Below are positions 1 to 11,149 of a stretch of DNA of 64,000 bases, in pieces; position 1 is the first letter of the stretch; each line of letters starts with the position of its first letter. The position numbers and the translations under genes are program-made. The stretch comes from Candidatus Binatia bacterium (GTDB lineage Bacteria > Desulfobacterota > Binatia > UBA9968 > JAJDTQ01), in contig OY762897.2 of the NCBI GenBank assembly GCA_963666515.2, positions 1,254,370 through 1,318,369 of the forward strand, given 5' to 3'. Under the pieces are notes generated by a model. The model worked only from the letters and a program-made list of their open reading frames with translations. It was not told the DNA's origin and did not search any database.

Positions 1-1309
1 GGCCAAGCTGGTGGGCGACGGCATCATCACCCGGCGCGCCTACGAACGGGCGTTGCAGGAGGTCTTCGAGAAGCGGGAGCCCATACGGCTCACCAACGGC
101 GCGCCGTATTTCACCGACTACGTGAAGAAGGAGCTGGCCGCCCACTACAGCAACGACGTGTTGACCGCCGAGGGGCTGCGCATCTTCACGAGTCTGGACC
201 TGGAGGCCCAGCAGGCCGCCGCGGCGGCCCTGTCCAGGGGGCTCGGGAGGCTGGAGAAGGACTATGGGCACTTGCGCAAGATCGCCAAGACCGACGATCT
301 GGAGGGCGCCCTGGTGGTGATCAAGCCGCAGACCGGCGAGATCAAGGCCATGGTCGGCGGCCGTGACTACCGCAAGTCCCAGTTCAACCGGGTGGCTCAG
401 GCCAAGCGGCAACCCGGCTCGGTCTTCAAGCCGTTCGTTTTTCTGGCCGCCTTGACCCACGGCTCGGCCCAGAGTCAGGAGCCCTATCACAGCACGACGT
501 TCGTGGAAGACGCGCCGTTCACGTGGAGCTACGGCCGCCAGAACTGGGCGCCGGAGAACTACAAGCAACGGTACTACGGCTGGGTGACCATGCGCGAGGC
601 CATGGAGAAGTCCCTGAACGCCGCGACCGCGCGCATCGCGCAGGACGTGGGCATCAAGAAGGTGCGCGAGATGGCTTACCGGATGGGTATCCAGAGCCGG
701 CTTCCGCTGCTGCCGTCGCTGGCCCTGGGCGCGGTCGAAGTCACGCCCCTCGAAATGGCGGGAGCGTTTTCGGCCCTGGCCAACAACGGCATCCGCACCC
801 ACCTGCTGTCCATCAAGAACGTGCTGGACCGCAACGGCAACGTGCTGGAGAAGCGGAACATCCGGGTGAAGCGGGTCATCTCGCCTCAGGTGGCTTTCGA
901 CATGAATAATATGCTGCGCGGCGTGGTGGACCGCGGCACGGCGCGCGGCGCGCGCCGCCTGGGTTTCACGCGCCCCGCGGCCGGGAAGACCGGCACCACC
1001 AACGACGCCAGGGACGCTTGGTTCGCGGGCTACACCCCCGACCTGCTGGCGCTGGTGTGGGTCGGCTTCGACCGCCAGTCGGAGTTGGGGCTCGCGGGGT
1101 CGCAGGCCGCCCTGCCCATCTGGACCGACTTCATGAAGAAGGCTACCAGCAGGGTTCCGGTCACGGATTTCGTGACCCCTCCAGGGGTCTCGGCCTTCGA
1201 GGCCGGCCCGCGTGCCGCCGGCGCCTCGCGGTGCCCGGGCGGAGTCCAGGGAGGGGATTCCGGCGCGGAAGGGACCCGGCCTGCGGCATCGGTGGCGACA
1301 TGCGGGTAG
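1..1309 (+). CDS. Class A penicillin-binding protein (PBP1A-like), C-terminal transpeptidase portion; 5' end outside window
   Basis: Frame of ORF 11..1309 stays open to the window edge. Transpeptidase motifs occur in order: SxxK (GSVFKP), SxN (KSLNAAT), KTG (GKTGTT). Confidence 0.85.
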   Translation, partial: AKLVGDGIITRRAYERALQEVFEKREPIRLTNGAPYFTDYVKKELAAHYSNDVLTAEGLRIFTSLDLEAQQAAAAALSRGLGRLEKDYGHLRKIAKTDDLEGALVVIKPQTGEIKAMVGGRDYRKSQFNRVAQAKRQPGSVFKPFVFLAALTHGSAQSQEPYHSTTFVEDAPFTWSYGRQNWAPENYKQRYYGWVTMREAMEKSLNAATARIAQDVGIKKVREMAYRMGIQSRLPLLPSLALGAVEVTPLEMAGAFSALANNGIRTHLLSIKNVLDRNGNVLEKRNIRVKRVISPQVAFDMNNMLRGVVDRGTARGARRLGFTRPAAGKTGTTNDARDAWFAGYTPDLLALVWVGFDRQSELGLAGSQAALPIWTDFMKKATSRVPVTDFVTPPGVSAFEAGPRAAGASRCPGGVQGGDSGAEGTRPAASVATCG

Positions 1310-1349
1310 GGACGGCCCTGGAGCCCGCCGGCGGCGCGGGCGTCGCGCC

Positions 1350-1973
1350 ATGATACGGTTCGGCCGTCTGTTGCAGGCCACCGTCTGGCTGGTGGCGGCT
1401 TCCATGATGTCGGCGTGCGCGATGCAGCAGGGACCCGCTCCTTCACCGGGGAAGGAGGGCGGCTCGTCCGCGGCCGCGGCGATGAGGCCCTCATCCCGAG
1501 GCATGGGGAGATCCCCGGCGCCCGGCGTGTCGGGGACGGCGCCGGAGCGCAGCCTGCGGATGCAGCGCGGTTCGTCGCCCCAGCGCGTCGCGTCGGTGCG
1601 CATGACCGAGCGGGCGGTGCGGCTGCTCCGCTCCGGTCAGCACGACCGGGCTTTGAGTGAGCTGGAAAAGAGCCTTTCCACCGACGGCACCAATCCGTAT
1701 GCCCATTACTACATCGCGGTGGCCCACTACCGGTTGGGCGACTTCAAGGCTTCGCTGGACTTCCTGGACGCGGTCGAGTCCGTCCTGGGCCGCGACCCTT
1801 CGTGGTTCGTGCAGGGCCTGGTCCTTCGAGGCGACAACCTTCGGGCCCTGGGCCGGTTCGGCGCCGCGGGGGAGGCCTATCGGAGGGCTCTCTCCATGGA
1901 TGCGGCCAATCCGTCGGCCGCCCGCGGTCTTCAGTGGACCCGGCAGCGTTCGCGGCAGGTCCGGTCGTGGTAG
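1350..1973 (+). CDS. TPR-repeat lipoprotein (predicted)
   Basis: Internal ATG of ORF 1212..1973 gives MIRFGRLLQATVWLVAASMMSAC, a signal peptide with a lipobox-like Cys. TPR-like helices follow (NPYAHYYIAVAHYRLGDFKASLDFL; LGRFGAAGEAYRRALSMD). Confidence 0.6.
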   Translation: MIRFGRLLQATVWLVAASMMSACAMQQGPAPSPGKEGGSSAAAAMRPSSRGMGRSPAPGVSGTAPERSLRMQRGSSPQRVASVRMTERAVRLLRSGQHDRALSELEKSLSTDGTNPYAHYYIAVAHYRLGDFKASLDFLDAVESVLGRDPSWFVQGLVLRGDNLRALGRFGAAGEAYRRALSMDAANPSAARGLQWTRQRSRQVRSW

Positions 1974-2062
1974 ACTCGTCGTGCCGCCTCCGTGCGGTTC
2001 GGGAAACCGCGTCGGCGGGACGCGACGGTACAGATTCGGTACGAATTCAATGGAGGTGAGTC

Positions 2063-3058
2063 GTGATCGTGTTGGGCGTCGAGACCTCGTGTGACGACAC
2101 CGCGGCGGCGGTTCTCGAAGACGGCAGGGCCGTGCGGGCCAACCTGGTGTCGTCCCAGGATGCCGTCCACGCACCCTACGGCGGCATCGTGCCGGAGATG
2201 GCCTCGCGCCAGCACATACGCACCATCCAGCCCATGGTGGATAGGGCCCTGGAGCGTGCGGAGGTCGGCATCGGCGACCTCGACGGCCTGGCGGTCACCT
2301 ACGGTCCCGGGTTGACCGGGTCGCTGCTGGTGGGGCTCTCGTTCGTCAAGGGGTGGTCCTTCCGTTCCGGCATCCCCTACGTGGGGGTCAACCACCTCGA
2401 GGCGCACGTGCTGTCCATCTTCCTGGAGAAGGAAGTGGCCTTCCCGTATCTTGCGCTGGTGGCTTCCGGCGGACACACGCTGCTCTACGTGGTGCGGGGA
2501 TTCGGCGAGTACGAGCACCTGGGGGGCACCCTCGACGACGCCGCCGGCGAGGCCTACGACAAGGTCGCCAAGATGATGGGGCTGGGGTTCCCCGGCGGAC
2601 GCGTCATCGACGACCTGGCCAAGCAGGGGGACCCGCGCGCGGTGGCCTTTCCCCGGGCGCGCCTGCGCACCCCCTACGACTTCAGCTTCAGCGGGCTCAA
2701 GACGTCCGTCTGGCACTACCTGACGCGGAAGCGGGCGGACCGCTGGCGCGACGAGATGGCGGACATCGCGGCGAGCTTCCAGGAGGCGGTGGTGGACATG
2801 CTGATCGCCCCGACGCTCAGGGCCGCGGCGGAGTTCGGCATCGAGCACATCGTCCTGGGCGGCGGCGTCGCCGCCAACAGCCGGCTGCGCGCCAAGATGG
2901 CCGAGAAGGCCGGCGAGATGGGAGCGGAACTCCACTGCCCCTCGCTGCGTTTCTGCACCGACAACGGCGCCATGATCGCGCTGGTGGGGAGCCACCTGCT
3001 GGAGCGGGGCGGCCGAAATGGTCCCCGCCTGAACGCAGACCCCGCGCTGATCCTTTGA
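2063..3058 (+). CDS. tsaD: tRNA N6-adenosine threonylcarbamoyltransferase TsaD (Kae1/Gcp family)
   Basis: 331-aa ORF starting VLGVETSCDDTAAAV, with VNHLEAH and ASGGHT motifs of the family. GGAGG Shine-Dalgarno a few nt upstream of the GTG start. Confidence 0.9.
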   Translation: MIVLGVETSCDDTAAAVLEDGRAVRANLVSSQDAVHAPYGGIVPEMASRQHIRTIQPMVDRALERAEVGIGDLDGLAVTYGPGLTGSLLVGLSFVKGWSFRSGIPYVGVNHLEAHVLSIFLEKEVAFPYLALVASGGHTLLYVVRGFGEYEHLGGTLDDAAGEAYDKVAKMMGLGFPGGRVIDDLAKQGDPRAVAFPRARLRTPYDFSFSGLKTSVWHYLTRKRADRWRDEMADIAASFQEAVVDMLIAPTLRAAAEFGIEHIVLGGGVAANSRLRAKMAEKAGEMGAELHCPSLRFCTDNGAMIALVGSHLLERGGRNGPRLNADPALIL

Positions 3059-3090
3059 GGAGACCCGGATCGCTCGCAGTCATCGGAAGG

Positions 3091-3185
3091 GTCCTTCGAC
3101 TTCGCTTCACTACGCTCAGGACGAACGGAGCACAATCCCCATCATCACCGTTCGTCCTGAGCGTAGCGAAGCGAAGTCGAAGGAC
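3091..3185. repeat. Palindromic REP/MITE-like element, family A (38-bp arms, 19-nt loop)
   Basis: Arm 3091-3128 (gtccttcgacttcgcttcactacgctcaggacgaacgg) is the reverse complement of arm 3148-3185 with one mismatch. It fills the tsaD-rsmA spacer. Confidence 0.9.
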
Positions 3186-4058
3186 ATGACGACCCTTCAC
3201 CAAGAGGCGAGGAACGCTTGGCGCGAGTTGGGGTTCACCCCCCGCAAGGCGCGCGGTCAGAACTTTCTCGTCCACCGGCGGGTTATCGACACCATCCTTC
3301 AGCTCCTCGAGCTGGGAGAAGACGACCGCATCCTGGAAGTGGGGCCCGGCCTGGGTTTCGTCACCCGCCATCTGGTAGGGAAGCAGCGGAGCGTGTGGGC
3401 CGTCGAGGTGGACCCGTTGCTGGTGCAATGGCTCCGCGACGGTCCGTTGGGATCGTGCCCGGAGTTTCACCTGGTGCACGAGGACGTGCTGGAGACGGAT
3501 TTCCGGCGCCTGCTGCCGGAGGACGGATTCAAGGTGGTGGCGAACCTTCCCTACAGCGTGGCGGCGCCGGTGCTGCTGCGCCTGTTCGAGGCGTCGCCGC
3601 GCTTCACCGTCCTGGTGGTGATGCTGCAGAAGGAAGTGGCCCGAAGACTGGCGGCGGAGCCGGGCGCGTCCGCCTACGGCGCGCTTTCGGTGTGGCGCCG
3701 GCTGTACGGGCGGGTCACCGGAAGGATCGCGGTGTCTCCCGAGGCGTTCACGCCCAGGCCCAGGGTGGACTCCACGCTGCTGAGGATCGAGCTGCACCGG
3801 GACCCGCTGGTCCCCGCCCGGGAGATACCCTTGCTGAGGGAAGTGGTGCGCGCGGGGTTCGGCCGGCGGCGCAAGATGCTGGGCAACGCACTGGCGGGCC
3901 TGTTCGGTTCACGGGGACAGGACATCTTCGACCGCGCCGCCATCGACCCGCGGCGGCGGGCCGAGACCCTGAACCTGGAGGAGTTTGCCCGGTTGGCGCG
4001 CGCCTTCGGGGAGGTGCGGGGCGCGGAAGGGAAGGGCAGCGATGCCGGAGCTTCCTGA
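3186..4058 (+). CDS. rsmA: 16S rRNA (adenine1518/1519-N6)-dimethyltransferase RsmA/KsgA
   Basis: RKARGQNFL near the N-terminus, SAM-binding ILEVGPGLGFVT, and VANLPYSV motif. Confidence 0.9.
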   Translation: MTTLHQEARNAWRELGFTPRKARGQNFLVHRRVIDTILQLLELGEDDRILEVGPGLGFVTRHLVGKQRSVWAVEVDPLLVQWLRDGPLGSCPEFHLVHEDVLETDFRRLLPEDGFKVVANLPYSVAAPVLLRLFEASPRFTVLVVMLQKEVARRLAAEPGASAYGALSVWRRLYGRVTGRIAVSPEAFTPRPRVDSTLLRIELHRDPLVPAREIPLLREVVRAGFGRRRKMLGNALAGLFGSRGQDIFDRAAIDPRRRAETLNLEEFARLARAFGEVRGAEGKGSDAGAS

Positions 4059-4866
4059 AGTCGAGACCGTGTGCCGCACGCTGCGCGAGCGGCTTCGCGG
4101 GGCCACCATCGTCGAAGTCCGGGTCATCGAAGGGCGCCTGCGCCGGCCCGTGGCCGGGGACTTCGCGACCCGCCTGGAGGGGCGGCGGGTGGCCGCGGTG
4201 ACCCGGCGGGGCAAGTACATCGTGACCGAGCTGGAGGGCGCCTGGACCTGGGTCACGCACCTGGGAATGTCGGGCAAGCTGACGTTTCGGGAGCCGGGCG
4301 CGTCCGTCGAGAAACACGACCACCTGGTGTTCACCCTCGACCGCGGCGGCGAGCTTCGCTACCACGACCCGCGGCGTTTCGGGCTGTGCGTGGCGCTGCC
4401 CAGCTCGGAGCTGGACGCGTGGCCGCCGTTTGCCGGACTGGGCGTGGACCCGCTGGGCCGCGGTTTCACCGGCGACTACCTCTACGGCTTCCTGCACCGT
4501 TCCCGCAGGACGGTCCGGGACCTGCTCTTGGACCAGCAGATCGTCTGCGGTCTCGGCAACATCTACGTCAACGAGGTGCTCTTTCGCGTCGGCGCCCGTC
4601 CCACCCGCCGGAGCCACCGCATATCCAGGGCATTGAGCGCGCAGCTCGTGAGTGAAATCCGTTCGTTGCTGCGCGAGGCCATTCGATGGCGGGGCAGCTC
4701 GGTGTCGGACTACCGCGACGGCAACGATGACCGCGGCGGCTTTCAGTGGCGGCTCCAGGTGTACGACCGCAAGGGCGCGCCCTGCTACCGGTGCGGTGCC
4801 CCCATCAAGCGGATCGGGCGGGGCAACCGCGGCGTCTTCTACTGCCCCCGCTGCCAGCGCTGGTAG
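4042..4866 (+). CDS. mutM: Formamidopyrimidine-DNA glycosylase MutM/Fpg
   Basis: Start set at the internal ATG giving the catalytic N-terminus MPELPEVE. C-terminal zinc finger CYRCGAPI...YCPRCQ. Overlaps the rsmA 3' end by 17 nt. Confidence 0.9.
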   Translation: MPELPEVETVCRTLRERLRGATIVEVRVIEGRLRRPVAGDFATRLEGRRVAAVTRRGKYIVTELEGAWTWVTHLGMSGKLTFREPGASVEKHDHLVFTLDRGGELRYHDPRRFGLCVALPSSELDAWPPFAGLGVDPLGRGFTGDYLYGFLHRSRRTVRDLLLDQQIVCGLGNIYVNEVLFRVGARPTRRSHRISRALSAQLVSEIRSLLREAIRWRGSSVSDYRDGNDDRGGFQWRLQVYDRKGAPCYRCGAPIKRIGRGNRGVFYCPRCQRW

Positions 4867-4941
4867 CGGCGCCTGGCCGGCCGCCCCTGCATCCCGGCGC
4901 CGTTGCGGCGCGGGCTCCCGGACGCAACCCCGCTACGCCCG

Positions 4942-5469
4942 TCACCCCACAATCTTGTAGTCGCCTCCCAGGTAGCTGCGGCACAGCTCGGCGTAGGTGG
5001 AAGAGCCCATCTTGATCCAGTTCAGGGCCTCGCCGCTGATCTCCTTCTTGACCTTGGCCGGGCTGCCGGCCGCCAGGCAGCGCGGCGGAATGCGGGTGTG
5101 CGGCACCACCACGCTGCCGGCCGCGATGAGGGACTCCTCGCCGATCTCGGTATCCTCCAGCAGGGTCGAGTTCATGCCGATGATGGCGGACCTGCGGATG
5201 GTGGCGCCCTCCATGATGGCGGCGTGCCCCACGGTCACGTCCTCTTCGATGATCACCGCGCCCTCGCCCGAATGCATCACGCAATTGTCCTGGACGCTGG
5301 TCCGGGCGCCGATGACGATGGGGTTCTGGTTCTCGTCGGAGCGGAGCACCGCGCCGAACCAGATGCTGGCGCCGGCCTCCACCGTGACGTCGCCGATGAG
5401 AACGGCGGTGGGAGCGACGAACGCTTCCGGGGAAACCCTGGGGCTCTGCCCCTTGTACTGGATGAGCAT
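4942..5469 (-). CDS. Gamma-carbonic-anhydrase-like hexapeptide-repeat protein (YrdA/PaaY family)
   Basis: 175 aa. N-terminal PRVSPEAFVAPTAVLIGDVTVEAGASIWFGAVLR, followed by left-handed beta-helix hexapeptide periodicity. Confidence 0.8.
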   Translation of the reverse strand: MLIQYKGQSPRVSPEAFVAPTAVLIGDVTVEAGASIWFGAVLRSDENQNPIVIGARTSVQDNCVMHSGEGAVIIEEDVTVGHAAIMEGATIRRSAIIGMNSTLLEDTEIGEESLIAAGSVVVPHTRIPPRCLAAGSPAKVKKEISGEALNWIKMGSSTYAELCRSYLGGDYKIVG

Positions 5470-5490
5470 GTGGATCTCCTTGCTCCCTCT

Positions 5491-5597
5491 CCGTGATTCC
5501 CGCGAAAGCGGGAATCACGGGGTGGAGCGGGGCGAGATGTACGTGCTAGCCGTCCCCGCCCAGCCTGGATTCCCGCTTTCGCGGGAATCACGATTCG
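5491..5597. repeat. Nested-palindrome REP/MITE-like element, family B, copy 1
   Basis: Perfect hairpin ccgtgattcccgc-gaaa-gcgggaatcacgg (5491-5520). Mirror hairpin gattcccgc-tttc-gcgggaatc (5568-5589). They flank a G-rich/C-rich inverted core. Same architecture as 11000-11107. Confidence 0.85.
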
Positions 5598-5647
5598 GGG
5601 CGGCTGGCACCCTTGTAACCCGTCGAAGCCGAATGCTGTTCCGTGCC

Positions 5648-5678
5648 TCTTGAGCGTAGCAGCACGAAGTCGAAGGAC
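5648..5678. repeat. Half-copy of family A repeat arm
   Basis: tcttgagcgtagcagcacgaagtcgaaggac aligns with the right arm of the 3091-3185 palindrome (tcctgagcgtagcgaagcgaagtcgaaggac). No partner arm seen. Confidence 0.7.
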
Positions 5679-5692
5679 GTCTTCACGGGATC

Positions 5693-6925
5693 TCACGAAG
5701 CCAGATGCCGCGACGCGGTCTGGCAGATGGTGTCGGCGATGCCCAGGGACGAGGTGGCGCCGGGGGAAGGGGCGTTGAGCACGTGCACGGCGCCCTCGGA
5801 CTCGGCGATGACGAAGTCGTCCACCAGCTTGCCGCTGGCCGACACGGCCTGGGCGCGCACCCCCGCGCCGCTGTACACCAGGTCGTCCGACTGGATGGCC
5901 GGAATCAGGCGCTGAAGCTCGCGCGTGAAGGCGCGCTTGTCGAAGGAGCGGCGCAGCTCCGGCAGCGAGGTCTTCCAGTGCTTCCGCGCCATGGCCCAGA
6001 AACCGCCGTAGGTGAAGACCTGGTACAGGTCCCGCAAGTTGACGTCGCTTTGCCGGTATCCCTGGCGCGCGAACGCCAGCACGGCGTTGGGGCCCACCTC
6101 TACCCGGCCGTGGACCGTGGGGGTGAAATGAACCCCGAGGAAGGGGAACTGGGGGTCGGGCACCGGGTAGACGAGCCCCTTGACCAGCCCCTGCTTGTCC
6201 GGCTTGAGGCGGTGGTACTCGCCACGGAACGGAACGATGCGCACCGGCTCGTCGATGCCGCCGCTCTGGCTTTCCGCGAAGCCCGGCGTCATGGCCGCCA
6301 CCCGGTCGACGAACAGACCCGCGCAGTTGATCAGCGTGCGCGTCTCCACCGCGTCGCGGGAGGTCTCGATGACGAACCCGGTTCCCGAGCGGGTCATGCC
6401 GGTGACCTCGCACGAGGTGCGGACGGCGCCGCCGGCCGCCTCGAACAGCCGCGCATAGGCTCGCGCCACGTCGCCGAAGTCGATGATGCCGGTGAACGGA
6501 GCGTGCAGCGCCTTGATTCCGGTGCAGTGGGGCTCGATCTCCCGCAGCTCCTCCGGGCCGATCATGCGCACACCCTCGACCCCGTTGGCCTCGGCGCGCC
6601 GGTTCAGCTCGTCCAGGCGCGGAAGTTCCTCCGGGCGGGTGGCGACGATGACCTTGCCGCAAAGGTCGTAGTGGATGCGGTGCTCGTCGCAGAACTCCAG
6701 CAGCGCCTTCTTCCCGGCCACGCAGGTGCGCGCCTTCACCGATCCCGGCCGGTAGTAGATGCCGGAGTGGAGCACGCCGCTGTTGTGGCCGGTCTGGTGC
6801 ATGCCCAGCTCCGGCTCCTTCTCCAGCAGCGCGCACCGCAGCCCCGGATGCTCCCGCGCCATGCGCATGGCCGTGGCCAATCCGACGATGCCGCCGCCGA
6901 TGATGGTGAGGTCGAACTTTTCCAT
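5693..6925 (-). CDS. lhgO: L-2-hydroxyglutarate oxidase/dehydrogenase (FAD-dependent, LhgO family)
   Basis: Start set at MEKFDLTIIGGGIVGLATA (FAD dinucleotide fold). HQTGHNSGVLHSGIYY motif present. The upstream 298 codons of the 708-aa ORF are antisense to uvrB and were discarded. Confidence 0.8.
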   Translation of the reverse strand: MEKFDLTIIGGGIVGLATAMRMAREHPGLRCALLEKEPELGMHQTGHNSGVLHSGIYYRPGSVKARTCVAGKKALLEFCDEHRIHYDLCGKVIVATRPEELPRLDELNRRAEANGVEGVRMIGPEELREIEPHCTGIKALHAPFTGIIDFGDVARAYARLFEAAGGAVRTSCEVTGMTRSGTGFVIETSRDAVETRTLINCAGLFVDRVAAMTPGFAESQSGGIDEPVRIVPFRGEYHRLKPDKQGLVKGLVYPVPDPQFPFLGVHFTPTVHGRVEVGPNAVLAFARQGYRQSDVNLRDLYQVFTYGGFWAMARKHWKTSLPELRRSFDKRAFTRELQRLIPAIQSDDLVYSGAGVRAQAVSASGKLVDDFVIAESEGAVHVLNAPSPGATSSLGIADTICQTASRHLAS

Positions 6926-7060
6926 GGGGACGAGAAGGGATGCCGCCGTGACATCGGTGGGCAACCGCGATACGGAACTTAACAGCTTCCGCGCGCGCGT
7001 GTCCAGGGAGCAGGAGTCGCCGTTTTGCACACCCACGGTCCGCGGTGTTATTCCTTTGAC

Positions 7061-9097
<2,037 letters not shown>

Positions 9098-9113
9098 GTG
9101 GTCCCTTCAAGTC

Positions 9114-10961
9114 ATGAACGTCGAGGAGCTGAAGGACAAGCTCGACACGCTGCCCGCCGGGCCCGGCGTCTACCTGATGCGGGACCGCGGCGGCAAGGTC
9201 GTCTACGTCGGCAAGGCCAAGGAGTTGCGCGCGCGGGTGCGCTCCTACCTGCGAGGCGGCGACGGCCGCCCGCACGTGGCTTTCCTCATGCGGCAGGTGG
9301 AGGACATCGAGACCCTGGTGACCAGCAACGAGAAGGAAGCGCTGATCCTCGAGAACAACCTCATCAAGCAGTACAAGCCGCGCTACAACATCCGCCTCAA
9401 GGACGACAAGAGCTACCTGAGCATCAAGGTGACCGGGGGCGACTGGCCGCGTATCCTCGCCACCCGCAGCATCGTCAAGGACGGCAGCCGCTACTTCGGC
9501 CCCTACGCTTCCGCGGTGGCCGTGCGCGAGACCCTGGAGGTCATCGAGAAGCACTTCCTGCTGCGGAGCTGCACCGACTACAACTTCCGCAACCGCGACC
9601 GCCCGTGCCTGCAGTACCAGATCAAGCGTTGCCCGGCGCCCTGCGTCCATCCCGTGGACGCGGAGGAGTACGCCGGCAACCTGCGCCAGGCGGTGCTGTT
9701 CATCGAGGGCAAGAGCGCCGACCTGCTGCGGCAACTGCGGGTGCGCATGCGGGAGCGCGCCGACGCGCTGGAGTTCGAGCAGGCGGCCAAGCTGCGGGAC
9801 CGCATCCGCGCGGTGGAGAAGACCCTGGAGAAGCAGCGCATGGTGTCCCACTGGGGCGCTGACCAGGACATCTTCGGACTGTACCGGGAGGGCGGCTTCA
9901 TCGAGGTCCAGGTCATCTTCGTGCGCCAAGGCAAGCTCACCGGCAACCAAGCCTATTCCCTGGAAGACCACCATTTCGACGACGAGGCAATCGTCGCCGC
10001 GCTGCTGACCCAGTTCTACCAGGGCAGCCGCTTCGTTCCCGAGGAGATCCTGGTGCCGGTGGAGTTGGAGGACCGCGCCGTGCACGAGGAGTACCTGGAG
10101 GAACGCAAGGGGCGGCGGGTGACGGTGAACCAGCCCCGGCGGGGCGAGAAGCGCAAGCTTCTGGAGATGGCCCTCAACAACGCCCGCCAGGGCTTCAACG
10201 AGCGCCACGACCAGGAGCGGGAGCGGGAGAAGATGCTGCGCGAGCTGCAGCAGAGGCTGCGGCTGCGGCGCTATCCCCAGCGCATCGAGTGCTACGACAT
10301 CTCCATGATCCAGGGGACCCACGCCGTGGGCTCGCGGGTGTCGTTCTTCGACGGCGAGCCCGACAAGCAGAACTACCGCCGCTACCGCGTGCGCACGGTC
10401 GGCCCGGAGACCCGCGGCGACGACTTCGCCATGATGTACGAGGTCGTCAAGCGACGCTTCCAGCGCGGCCTCAAGGAGACCGACCTGCCGGACCTCATGG
10501 TAGTGGACGGCGGCAAGGGGCAGTTGCAGGTGGCGCTGACGGCGCTGGCGGACCTGCGGGTCACCGACGTGGACGTGGTGGCCCTGGCCAAGATGCGCGT
10601 CACCGCGTCGCCGCGGCTGGCGGAGATCGAGCGCTCGGAGGAGCGCGTGTTCCTGCCCTATCGCAGCAACCCCGTGGTGCTGCGGCGCAACTCCAACGCC
10701 CTGTTCCTGCTCCAGCGCATCCGCGACGAGGCCCACCGCTTCGCCATCACCTACCACCGCAGCATCCGCAAGCGCGAGACCCTGCGCTCGGGCCTCGACG
10801 GCATCCCCGGCGTCGGGCCGTCGCGCCGCAAGGCCCTGCTGCGCCGCTTCGGCAGCCTGAAGCGGTTGCGGGATGCCTCGCTGGAAGAGCTGCTGGAGGT
10901 TCCGTCCATGAGCCGCCCGGTAGCCGAGCGCATCCTGGAATCGTTCCAGGCCGCGGAGTGA
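9114..10961 (+). CDS. uvrC: Excinuclease ABC subunit C
   Basis: GIY-YIG N-terminus (GVYLMRDRGGKVVYVGKAKELRARV), UVR domain EFEQAAKLRDRI, and C-terminal HhH (GIPGVGPSRRKALL). Confidence 0.95.
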   Translation: MNVEELKDKLDTLPAGPGVYLMRDRGGKVVYVGKAKELRARVRSYLRGGDGRPHVAFLMRQVEDIETLVTSNEKEALILENNLIKQYKPRYNIRLKDDKSYLSIKVTGGDWPRILATRSIVKDGSRYFGPYASAVAVRETLEVIEKHFLLRSCTDYNFRNRDRPCLQYQIKRCPAPCVHPVDAEEYAGNLRQAVLFIEGKSADLLRQLRVRMRERADALEFEQAAKLRDRIRAVEKTLEKQRMVSHWGADQDIFGLYREGGFIEVQVIFVRQGKLTGNQAYSLEDHHFDDEAIVAALLTQFYQGSRFVPEEILVPVELEDRAVHEEYLEERKGRRVTVNQPRRGEKRKLLEMALNNARQGFNERHDQEREREKMLRELQQRLRLRRYPQRIECYDISMIQGTHAVGSRVSFFDGEPDKQNYRRYRVRTVGPETRGDDFAMMYEVVKRRFQRGLKETDLPDLMVVDGGKGQLQVALTALADLRVTDVDVVALAKMRVTASPRLAEIERSEERVFLPYRSNPVVLRRNSNALFLLQRIRDEAHRFAITYHRSIRKRETLRSGLDGIPGVGPSRRKALLRRFGSLKRLRDASLEELLEVPSMSRPVAERILESFQAAE

Positions 10962-10999
10962 AGGAGGAGGGGATTGTTGGGGAGTTTCACTGTATTCGC

Positions 11000-11107
11000 G
11001 AATCGTCATTCCGGCGAAAGCCGGAATCCAGGTGGAGTGGGGCGGGGAATCACTGCCGTCGGCCCCTCCCCACCCCTGGATTCCGGCTTTCGCCGGAATG
11101 ACGATTC
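11000..11107. repeat. Nested-palindrome REP/MITE-like element, family B, copy 2
   Basis: Termini gaatcgtcattccggcg / cgccggaatgacgattc are perfect inverted repeats. Internal hairpins attccggc-gaaa-gccggaat and attccggc-tttc-gccggaat. Colinear with copy 1. Confidence 0.9.
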
Positions 11108-11149
11108 GTAGGGCGTGTTTCGGATCAATCTTCACGAATTCATTGCAAC

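Noticed and set aside
4893-4914. GC-rich hairpin (cccggcgccg-ttg-cggcgcggg, one bulge) between the convergent mutM and gamma-CA-like genes, considered as a terminator
   Set aside because: No flanking U/T tract on either strand. Such GC hairpins are frequent by chance at this composition, so I cannot support a terminator call.
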